Positions 22,472 to 38,818 of a DNA stretch of 64,000 nt are shown here, one piece after another. Location: the NCBI RefSeq assembly GCF_964204645.1, contig NC_134027.1, forward strand, positions 22,220,560 through 22,284,559. The letters are read 5' to 3'. The position numbers were made by a program, and so were the translations under genes. The notes beneath the pieces were generated by a model. It was not told where the DNA came from, did not search any database, and was given only the letters and a program-made list of their open reading frames with translations. Positions within the stretch are counted from its first letter, which is position 1; each line of letters opens with the position of its first letter. The stretch is from Tubulanus polymorphus. Lineage: Eukaryota > Animalia > Nemertea.

Positions 22472-25400
22472 ATGAAAATAAGAAGCATGACTTACTTCGT
22501 TCACATTCTTATGACTTGTTTGCTGATTAACTGCGAATGTTTCGAAACGGGCTCGGTATATTTCGCAGAAGTAGCGACAAGAGGAAACGATTACTCGATA
22601 GATGGACCGTATCTGTCTATTGATAATAATTCAGCCTCTTTGATCAGTTGCAGCGCCGCGTGTTCACTGGATACTAAATGCAAATCGTTCAATTATCACG
22701 GAGATTCCAGCGTTTGCGAATTGAGTGACAAGTTACCAATTGGCCCGACGTTCAGGAAAAGAAATGGCACAGCATTTAGATTTAAGGTCAGTATAGGATA
22801 TTTTTGCACTATTTTTGCACTATTCAAACAGCATGTTCCATAGAATATGTCCATACGCTGCTTAAGCGTTTACGTAAATTGGCTCTGGATCCAGTTCGAA
22901 AATGGTGCGCTTGATTTCTACTCTCCGGATCAAGTTCCATAGTTGTATTTGTTTGATTTGACTCTGGATCTATGAGTTCCATAATTTGAGGTCTAATTTG
23001 ACTCCACAGTTGTATGAGTGTAATTGTGCGGATTAAGTCCCACGATCGAAATATTAGGAAATGACTATAATTCAATTAACGACAGATTTAGCCTGCTTCA
23101 ATTTTGGATCAGCATTCTGTGACTGTAAACCAGTGAAAAAAGTGAATAGCACTTTAAAACCCCAAGCGATCCTTTTTCTAAGCATTGTCAATATCAATAT
23201 CAAGAGAGTGGAACCTCGTTACAGCGAATATCAGCACCAGAAAAGATGTTTGTTTTTACCGATTGGTCGTTATATCCAGGATGAAATGCATTAAATTTTC
23301 TTATTTTGGACGGAATTCTATATTTGTTGTATCCAATAAATCGCTGTGTCCGAGTTCAAGCAAAGAAAGGCATTAAAATGAAAAGTTAGTTTAAACGAAG
23401 CGTTAAAACGAGAAATGAAAAAACATAAATTGTTTGAAATTGAGTATGTGGCCCCCAAATCAGCATTCAGTCTATAAATTTGTTTATCAATTTTCAGTGC
23501 AGAGTTCTCGAAGATGACTGCCAGCGCTATCGTAAGTATGTAATTAATCATCAAAGTTTGAAATATATACATTCTAGAATATCTCATCTCATAGAGATTT
23601 TAAGTTATGGGCCAGTCATACAAAATAAATCTTAACTCATCCTTCAAGGTGATTTTTCTTTATTTTTTGTCATCACCTCAAGTAACCAAAGATAATTTCT
23701 CCACTTTTCCTCTTTATTTCGATGGTCACTGCATCTACACTGTGTGTGTGTGTGTGTGTGTGTGCGTGTGTGCGTGTGTGCGTGTGTGCGTGTGTGTGCA
23801 GTATCCCTTGAATGACGCGTAGTTATCACTGTATACAATCCCCAGTGTAATGGTTTTTTAAAATCTTAAAATAGGGATTGTCCCTGTTATTCATTTGGTT
23901 GGTAAATTTCGTTGGATTTTCTGATTGAGTGTCCCTTACAGACCCACCACACCTGCCGGGAGCGAAACAGGTGGTTTGATTTTGAAATCGGAAATCGAAG
24001 TACAGATATAGTTGTGTGATCGGCGGTCGAGTTAACAGAATATTTCTAAATCGAAGTACATAATTAGTGTATGTTTTTTCCGGCGTCAAAATCTCGTTAT
24101 ATCTATATGTCTGGAACACGATGCCTAATGTTTGATTGGGGAGGCTAAAAATCCGGAAAAAAGTCAATTGAAATTAGCGCAATTTTAATCGGGTGGGAAC
24201 GTATGCCATTTAGCAGGATAACTGCTCATTGAAGAAACTAGCTTATGACGATACGGCCATTTTGTTTCATCTGCAGGTCTGAAACCGGTGTCCTGTACGG
24301 ATGTGTTGATCAGAGGCGATACCGCAGACAAGACTTACGATTTGTACCCGATAAAAAGTGCGTATAAACGAAAATTCAGAATCTTTTGCCACGCGATGAC
24401 GTCACTAACACCTAGAGAGTACCTTCCGCTTCCGGCCGGGCCGAAAAATAACTTCAGCGAGGCGAAGAAAAAAGGGATATATAGAGTGTGGAAGGACTGG
24501 TGTTACATCAAATTCTCGCGAGTTCGTATTTCTATTTGGGTAAGTAAATATTTTATCTAATATCATTGTAATATCTACAGACGTATGTCTACGTACGTCG
24601 TGCTGAATATGATTTATTGATTGATGGTAACCTGTTGATGGTACTTCAAAGTGATATAGGTAATACTTTTCTGTACTTGTTGAATAACGAGTATGCGATG
24701 AACGTATGCCGTGTCAAATTGACGCAATAAAGATCTGCCCCATTATTCGAGTTAACAGCACGTTGGAAATTAGAGAAAAAAAACAACCAATATATTGGAA
24801 ATCGAAGTTTCTCGACTGGCAGAGAATTGTATTCTTTATAACAGAAACGTCGGAAATGAGTTGTAAAAAATCTTTATCGAGAAAAGTAGTTTGTCGAACG
24901 TACCTGAATACTTTCGCAGTGTAGTCTTTATGAATTTTCGATGGTAGCCCATTCAACTGTTTTCTAGCGTGATTGACAACAGAGTTTATTGATAGCGTAT
25001 ACATCAGGTCAAAAGTTCAACAAACAAATACGGATATCGAAGTGTACCGTATACGAAAAATAACGTTATTTTCCTTCATATTTCAGAATTACATCGTTAA
25101 CAAGGCAGATTATACATTCGCTTCCGTCAATTGTAACCCGACTAAGAAAGTGAAATACGGCGAAGCGAAAGCGTGTGCTAGATACAACTCTGGAATGGGC
25201 GCGGCAAGGATTGACTTGACTCAAACCGGATTCAAGATAGCCCCTGGGGTTAGTTAGCTTAACCTTGAGCATTTATAACTAGACGAATCGAATGGGTTTG
25301 TTCAACTGAAAATTGAAGATAATTGCATGGTCATTAGGCCAGCTTGACTGTACTTGTGAATATATTTTTTTTCATTTGCCGAGAATATTCATTAGAATCG

Positions 25401-26609
25401 TTCGTTGAAAATCGTTTTTTTTTTTCCGTGGAAGTATACAGTATGATTATACAGAATGATTGAGATACACGTTCTTTGCTAATTTGATAATTGCTAGGAA
25501 TTATCACGATTGATAGAACACTATATCCGTGTTGACGCGATGTAGAGAGAATCCCACAATTATAACGAAAAATTCCGAAATTGTAACTTCGAGATAGTAG
25601 TTTATTTCAACGTTTCTAATGACTATTAGAATATAGTCGAAACGTTGAAATAAACTACTATCTCGAAGTTACATTTTCGGACTTTTTCGTTATAATTGTG
25701 GGATTCTCTCTACATTGCTAGGGATTGCCAAATTAAAAAACTGGAATAAGTAAATAAAAGAGAAAAGTAACTTGAAAGTTTATTGACGCCTTGAAGAATG
25801 ACTCATACATATTGCTTAATATTGTCGGCAACGATTCATAAATATGACCTAGTTGATATGATATAAAGGGCCAATAAAGATATTTTGAATTTAAATTTCA
25901 TATCGATAATTAATTGAATTGACCGGCAGCCAGTCTAGCTCCGATATATTAATGGTGTAGCGTACATTCTCTCAAAAATTTAAAAAAGATATGAAATCAA
26001 ATGAAAAATACGATTCATAGGATAAGTTCAATCACAAAACAAAACGCCAATTTTGATGATTGTTTTTTTCAAACGCCAATATTGATAACGTAGTGCACAT
26101 CAACTCAAACAGAACCCCTTAACGCACAGTTCAATGTATGTTAACATTATTGTAACGGTTTTGACGACGCGAAAAAATTATAATCGTGAAAATTACATAT
26201 GGTTGAAATAACCGCCAAAATAGTTTATAGTTGCCGCAATGTGCTTCTCTCAATCTCCAGTCTTTAGTTTTTGATAATTTTGAATTGATTCTAATTGAAA
26301 TTGAGAAAAGAGAGAAACAGGTCTACAGCTACATTAGCAAACCTGGTGTATACTCATGGAATCCTCGCTTGTCACCACAGCGTCGCCGTTATCCTATGCG
26401 CCAGGCCTGGCATAACCTTGCTACCGTTCCCTCGACGTCTATTGCTAACTATTTTATGATTTCAGCTAACGTGGAAGAAATACGGATACGGTAGATCGAA
26501 CAAGGTCGGCCCGACGTTTACTGCCAATAGACAAATCATGAATATCAAATGCCGCGCACAATGCGGGGGATGCAATAACAATAACGCTCTTCAGTTGACA
26601 CCGTTGTAA
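22472..26609 (+). CDS. Secreted PAN/Apple + GON-domain protein, copy 2
   Basis: Exons 22472-22786, 23498-23531, 24277-24539, 25087-25248 and 26466-26609; frame and splice sites intact. Confidence 0.88.
23741..23798. repeat. (TG)n/(TGTGCG)n microsatellite in intron 2 of copy 2
   Basis: Visible tract. Confidence 0.95.
25499..25713. mobile_element. 215-bp fold-back insertion with a 9-bp TSD
   Basis: Flanked by attgctagg/attgctagg and absent from unit 1 (ttgctagtgattgcc). About 77-bp near-perfect inverted arms span 25540-25715. Confidence 0.85.
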
Positions 26610-29600
26610 AATAACGCCCTAAAATCCCACAATTACAGAACGAATGTCGAATATTGATGTATATCATATAGTCGATCTAATTAAACCGGTCAAGCTTTGT
26701 GTACGGCATTAAAGTGCGTGTGTCAAGTAACACTGCGTTCACCGGTTAGTGTTATAACAGCAAATGACCGTTGACAGTCGACAGCTAGAGTAAACGATGA
26801 AAATAGGTTACAGCCTGTCTACCGGTCGACCATTACTTAAGCTATTTCACCCGCCTTTACATTAATTTCATCAATTATTCATAATTCTTAATGTTTCTTA
26901 TAGATCCATCGCGTAGACAATTATAAGGTAGATAATGTAATGTCAATATTTCGAAATGCCAAAACTGCACTAGTGCAGCATTTATAATTTATTCACCAGA
27001 GCATTTCCAACCGGGTAACTGTTTTGGTAGTTGTTCTTCCGTGTTGTACCATTGGATCTTCTGGTCATTGTGGTTCCTCGACCTGCTTATGATCCTCTTA
27101 ATGTAAAACAACTCGCACGACTTATTAAGTCTATCTATCCATCTTTATTTTCTGTTGGTCGGATGTATACATTCTACGTATCTCTAAACGCCCTCTCTAC
27201 GACGTGTGCAGGCCCTTAACTACACATGGTTTGGTATTCACAGATTGTTACGCAACATTCCACCGACCCATGTATGGAGTGTTTACATTCCTCCACACGC
27301 CACATTATTCTGAAAAAAAATTCTTTTTGCACTCGCCGTAGCCCATGGCCTAACCATTGGTTTCGCTATGAGAATTTTCAAGTTATTCCAAGACATGTTT
27401 ATTTACATAACTATTTATTGTTATGCATGGCGCCAGTAGAGTCTGATGATAGCAACACTGGCCATGAACTCCAACTCTCGTATTTTCTTGTTCGCTATTT
27501 ATTGTTCAACCGCTGATAGCCGAAAGCTCAATAATATATTTCCTGAAAGCCCAACAATATATTTCCTAAAAGCTAAAAAACCGATTTAACTATTTCCGAC
27601 ACCAGGCAAGTTGACTTGTAAATGAACCTGCCTAGCGTTGAAAACCACATTCACGAATAAACGCACAACAATTTCCGTATAAGGAAAATGTATCTCTCAA
27701 TACAGATTCAAGCATGAATCCCGACGTATCAACCTTTTCGGAGTCTTTCTTTTTGCATCATGGAATCTTACCTATCATCGTTTCAACACGGACAGTGGGT
27801 TTCACCAAGGTGGAAAATATGCTTTTCCATTTACTTAAGGCCACGCAAAGAAATACCTTAGTTTTGTAATAATTTTTTGGAAAGTAACGAGAGGGGTTAA
27901 ATTTTATTTCAATTGCTTTAAAAAAAGATTGAAATACAAAGTTCAACCAGAGACTTATAGAAGAGACGCCAGAGGGAAGTTTTTCTACTAATGCCACGAA
28001 CAAATACTAGTAATGCAAGAAGAACGTGTGCAGAAACTTCATTTAGAATTAAGAAGCTACTTTAACCTAAAAAATCAAACTATATCGACTCATATCGAAA
28101 CGGAGACAAAAATTTTCGCTATTTTCACGCTTCATCGAAATGAGGTAAAATGAAACGAACTCAACCGTTGTCACAGTAAAATGTGGATTACCTATTTGGG
28201 AGGGTGAGCATATAAACGACCGCAGAATAAAAACACTGTCGCACAATATACAGCTATGTGGGCGAGCAGATTTTGATTTTTGTTGAGAAAATTGATGCTT
28301 TCCCGATGCGGGCGAGCGCATTTGCTTTTTTTTATTGGGGAACTTGTTTATGACGCGGGCGGCATTTGACTTTCTTAAGATACTAGGGTATTTCTCTGAA
28401 ATGGCACTAAATATTCCTAATATTTCCAATGCATATTTCTCATAGCATGAATAGTTTAGAAATATCGCTTTCATTCCCAAAACCACTTTGGATTCGAGAA
28501 ACTCTAGCACACCGAATGCTTGTCTTTTCGGAGAATGTGCATTCTCTTGCACCTGTTCTGCCTCTCACTGAAATTCCATATTTGAACTTCAATCGACCAT
28601 TTATCAGAAGTTTTGGAGTCTTATTTATTATGTTGACAGTCAAATGACATACACATTTGCGGGAAAAGTTACAAAATGTCAAATTATGAGGTATGCACAC
28701 CCAAAACAAAGCGAAATATCCCAAAAAGATCGTGGACAATCAAAAATAAATAGACTTTAGTCGTGATTACTTCCTTCTATCGGCTAGGCGTGGGAGATTA
28801 AAGCCGGGCGTAGGTCGGCTTTGTATACAACTGGGCAAAAATACGTCATGCATGGTTGAGCGCTACCGTGTTTTTGAATGGCTTTAAAAATTGAGAAGAA
28901 CCAAAATTACAGATTGTTCCATTGTGTATATTCAATGTTGATGACCAGTTGCCAGGTGAAAAAAAATTGATTCAAAATCACGAAATTACTGGTTTACATT
29001 CCGTGTGATGTTTCCCTGTGGAGAATTGTAAAAACCAAGGTATTTAAACTATCGCCAGCAGGAATTGAAGATTTCGTGTTCAGAAGGTAACAGATTTTGA
29101 GAAATTTTGAATCCGATGTGTCAATATTCGACGTCGAGCTCAACAGTGCAATGGTTAGAATGGTTATGAAGGTGAACAAGTTTCAGAGAAGCTTAATTAG
29201 TAAAGCGGAGCAATACTTATATTAAGGAGATATCTGTCTGTGTTGATATGATTATCATGTCATCAATCCTAAATGACAGCGGATCATTTATTGATAAACG
29301 CTCCTAATGCAATAAGCCTTATCACTTGTTCGTATTTGCCTCAAAATAACGTGCACGCCGTGAATGTAAAGCGCCCGCACGACATCCAGGAGCATCGTTG
29401 CCTAATTTAGTTTCACAACTTGTACCAAAAGCTACAACGTTAATTATACATGTACTTCGATCAGCTTTCATCATGAACTGAAATAGTTGACTGTATACGA
29501 CTCATTCGTTTTATCATGATGAAAAAGAACTTTTCCAGTAAAATGGGATTCTCTCTTGTCCTCTTTGATATCAGATGTAGGTATTTGTGTTTGTTTAAAA

Positions 29601-29630
29601 GCAGGATTAACGGTGATCGGATATATATCA

Positions 29631-30235
29631 GGCCACACCAAAAAATCCTATTTCTCGGGCGGGGCAATGACCAAAATGGGTAGATAGGTAGGACATTTTC
29701 TTTTCTTTTTATAGAAAAAAAGATCGTTTATTCTTCTATCAGTGGGTAGGTTGCCGTAAATAATTTTTACTGGACTAAATTTTTAGTCAGGAATATGATT
29801 AACAGCTAGTAGACCACAATAATAAAAGGAAATTGAGGTGTTTGTACAATTAACTATAAAAAAACTATATTTTGAACATATTTCACGGAATTCCTGGAAT
29901 TTTAAAATCCAAGGTCGCCATCAAAGTCCGATTAGCAAAGTTGTCTTAGCATGACTGAGCCATTTCCAGAATCAAATTTTAAATCCGATATAATAAAATG
30001 TTTTTATGATGTTGATCTCAGTGCCGACATCACGATTTGATATTAAAAAAAATTTACGAGAAAGGAGAGTTTTGTAGTCGGTCGGCCACATATATATTTT
30101 TGAAAAAAGTTATTTCACCCAAAATTTTCAAAAAGGGTCGGTAGGCGATTATACTTTATTTTGAAAATGATTATTTGAAATGGGGAAATATCAGGTCGGT
30201 CGGGACGGAAAACAGGGTTTTCCTTTGGTGTGGCC
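29631..30235. mobile_element. PIF/Harbinger-type MITE, unit 2 copy
   Basis: Same TIR and TSD as 18361-18965. Confidence 0.8.
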
Positions 30236-30558
30236 TCACTGGGATCTGCTGTAAGTTCATATACTTAATATAAAATGACTACTGAATATATCACAAGGTT
30301 ATACCACCGACGGGATGTAGCCGAATCTCGTTGATAAAAAAACCTAGTTCTGTTTGGATTTTGGACTTTATCCTGACTGAAAATAGCCTCTGGGTTCTTG
30401 GTTATAACGATGAAATACATACAACTCGATTGAAGTGATTACGAAGTCAGATAACATATGCATCCACAATAAGTCGAGTCGATGTCGAAGTTTTTTTCTC
30501 AAATGACGCTGGAAGATATTTGAAACACATGCATAAACACGGGAGTATCGTGTCCGTT

Positions 30559-31420
30559 CTAATCGCAACGCGTCCGTCTTAAACAGCGACACGCCCTCCC
30601 AAAACCTTTTAACAATTTCACCGTTTCGACCCTGAATCTTTCGTTGGTTGCACAATATACGAAATAATTCATGGTTGAGTCTAATGGAGTCATTATGTCG
30701 GATCCTATCATTGATAGCTTTCCCATCACGTGTGGATCGTTATGTCTCGGCTGTGGCAAGCCTGCTTGCACTAGGATATATTCATAAACGCCAATCGACG
30801 TAGGAAATTCTAAAACGATGAACAACATAACAATGGCAACCGCCATTCTAGTAGCTTTCCGATCGACACTGCTAAACCTAGAATCCTGGGTGCCGAGCTG
30901 TTTTCTTCTTTTGCCAATTTGTCTTAACACAATACGAGAGCCATATTGAGAATAATGAGAAATAAAACTGGTATTAAATTTGTGAAAAGCGATGTCAAAA
31001 CTAATTCTACGTAATATGTTATTTGGTTTTCAATTCGACTTAATTTTCTTTTCGTTATTGCCGGAACGTACATTCCAGTACAGACATCCCGCCAATAGTA
31101 GTGAGTCCCGTGATTCAGAAAAGCGCTCAGTCCGAGGCATGCGAAGAAAACGTATTGCGCACAAACGCATTTAAGTAAGCGTCGTTTGGTGACGTGAGCT
31201 TGCGCAAACAACGGGAAACCAAGACTTATTACCCGTTCAGTAATTATCAGTACCGTTATCCAATTCCTTGTCAATTTCGTCGATCGGTTGAAGAGTTGCA
31301 TGGCAAAATAAATCCAATGAAATCCAAAATACGTCGCTCCGCGTTCAAGCGCAGCCCCATAAACCAAAAAGTCGAGCACCGGCCGAACGACATCGCGAAT
31401 GAATTTGACGATGAGAAATA
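30559..31420 (-). pseudogene. 5'-truncated, frameshifted copy of the 354-aa GPCR
   Basis: Lacks the first ~64 codons (cut at atgagaaata|(TA)n). Has a 1-bp deletion near 30932 and a 9-bp deletion near 31340 relative to 42806-43870. Confidence 0.92.
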
Positions 31421-31443
31421 TATATATATATATATATATATAT

Positions 31444-31517
<74 letters not shown>
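31419..31517. repeat. (TA)n tract at duplication junction 2/3
   Basis: Visible TA tract followed by the same gagcgctgctttt filler. Confidence 0.95.
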
Positions 31518-31520
<3 letters not shown>

Positions 31521-34347
31521 CGCTGCTTTTGAATTCCAGATATTTTCCAGGATTTCTCCAATTTCTCAGACTCGCCAAAAAATGTTTCAAATTGAGAAAT
31601 AGTCAAATTGTCTAAAATAAGCGACTATGTCTATGATCTCTCCACTTACTGTATAGAACGTTGTTAACAACGTCAAAATCAGCTTCAAGTTCGTCTCCAT
31701 AGTCAGCTATGCGACAAGAAATGTGTAAAACAAACGAATAGCAATTCGCGTGCTTTATGAAATAATCACAATATTTGGCGCATAACTCTCGACATTCGTT
31801 TCGTGGCAATTGGCAGTAATTTCTCAAAACATATATACATGTTCTAATTTCCAGACAGGGAATCTATTTGAAATTATACGTCATTATATAACCACAAAAT
31901 GTTACTGATGAAGTAATAGCCTCTTCTGTAATAAGGGCCGTAACGTGGTACGACCTTGTTTGGTCGGCGTGCACAACGGGGTACCCGTTGTGCTGCTGTG
32001 GCAATCGAGGATTCCATTTATGGCAGGCGAGGATCCGACAGGTTCGCTAGTAACTATACCGATATCCGAGTAGAAGAATGAAAGTATTGTATGTTTGGTG
32101 AGTGCCGTGATAATATATGGATTCGGGAGTCTAAAACTCATGTTCATAGTTCATCGAAAATGAACTAATTTTGACCAAGGACGAATTACTGCTCATCACG
32201 CCATCTGGCGGGATAGGTGGTTTTGCAGGTACCCACCACGGGTTTGACTATATCGTCGGGTACCCCATTCCAATGAGCGGAAGTTAATAGGATGTTTGAG
32301 CCTGAGCTTGAAAGTAATGATCATAGGCAGATATTGAGCTCTATGGCCAACACATAACATCATAAATTGGTCCGCTAATAAAGTGTTTTGTGGTATAGAT
32401 GACACGTTTGTATGAATTTGTGCTGAAAATAAATAATTTTTCAGGACTTAAGAACCAAAAATTGGCAATATTTTTGATACAAACTGAGAAAGTATCAAAA
32501 CATTTGAGAACGCATTTACTGTTTTTGAACATACACGGGGTGTATTTCGAACATGCTTTAAATTCCGGTACTGCTGTGCTTTTCGGTGTGAGAATGATAA
32601 CGGTCTGTTTATCAATGATTGAAAAAATGGAACCACGTTTTTAAGATACTTTATCAACATGTCTTAGTTAAAACAAAAACAGAAATCACAGGAAGAAATG
32701 AATTAATACGTAGAGCTTAGGTTTCAATTTTACTTATCATGAGGACTCTACGTTCGACTGTGGCAATCGACGATTCCACTTGTGGCAAGCGGGGCTCCAC
32801 CAGGTTGACAGGGTCGTCGCACTGATTTGCACGCCATCTAGTGGGATAGCCGGTGGCACGGAGTCCTCATCACGAAGTGGTACTTTCACAAATTCGTTCA
32901 ATTCTTACCCAACCTCACTATAGCTACGCACCTGAGTGAGTTGATTGATATCGAGGGATTACATTAATTAACAGGGGATTTTAGCTAACAGTGAATTATT
33001 GAGGTAATCTCAACAGAAACCTTTTTTCGTAAAACGTTCGGATGATGTATGCTTCGTTGCACGGCAAGATATCAAGTTTCATTAGTCAAGATAACACAAC
33101 GTCTTTGAAAGCTTAAGCCGTGTGTGAACGTGAACGGCCCTTCGGGAAAGCAAATTTGGAAAGTTATTCTAGACGAAAATATTTCAAATGCAAAACGAAT
33201 TCGGCCTTTTTGCCTTGTCATCCCTTGCGAATTCAATTTGAATCTGACCCCAATTCTAAAGATTGGGGATTCAATTTGGTGGATAGAATTTTAAAAAGTC
33301 GCATAATGAAAGTGAACAAATTCTGGCCCATTTCGATTCATTGCCTCATTTATGGAATTTGTATAAACCAGGTAAAAATGCAGGTGCAAATTAGCATTCC
33401 GTGACTGTAAATCGGGCCGCTTCTATTGGAAATAATAAACTAATTATTAATGGTGTGAATATCAATTCTCCACGTTGCAGTCTTAAAAATGAAAAAACGT
33501 AAAAACGAAATTCGATATATTCTCAAAACGTTTCTCTTTCCTGATATTGCAGTGAAGCATAGTATCCATAATGGTAGTCAACGCACATTTACAATACATT
33601 TTACGTAAATTCGTTTATTGAATTTCAGTGTAAAAGAAGTATCTTGGAGATTACGTGCCAGTGGTACAGTAAGAACATAATCTATATAATTATGTATCAT
33701 CAACGTTTGAAGATTCCTTTCCCCGCTCGTATCTTCTTAAAACATTATTTTCATGTTAGGTTGCTGTTCATCCTTCTTCAGAAAATGTACATCCACGTGT
33801 TTTAGCGACGTCCTATTGTCAGCGACCTGAAAGGAGAGTTCCATCAGCTTTAAGGCACCATTCGACTCTATAGATTTCAGTAAGGACAAAAAGACAATGA
33901 TTAATTCAATTATTTGTACAATCAAATTTTACCACACGTTGCTAAAGATGTGGAACAAGTCCCGGGCGTCAAGTAACGTTTGTTGATTGTTTATATATCA
34001 ATATAACGGCTTTAGCGACATTGGCTGTGTTATAGGACAACCAGCGGGAAAAATGGCTTCAACGAAAGCTGCAATTATCTATTGTTCTATTCGAAAAACG
34101 CGCTGAAGATTCGGCTTGGAAAACTAGTCGATATTGTCGCCAGTCTATTGATCTCCAATTAGATGAAATAGTTGATAGTTTCAGCCATATTCAATTTTTT
34201 TGAAAAACAATGAGTTTACCGTGCAGCATGTCAGTGTTTCTTTGTTTCGATATTTTAATAATAGATGAGCTACGCTTCGCGTTCAAAAAGGATGTAATTC
34301 ACTACTCTTTGTAGATTCGCAGTTAGAGGGAAGAAATTGCGACGGCA

Positions 34348-38818
<4,471 letters not shown>

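Larger units (their letters stand above)
19683..31420 (+). repeat. Tandem segmental duplication unit 2 (about 11.7 kb)
   Basis: Colinear with units 1 and 3, with the same start and end junction sequences. Confidence 0.95.
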
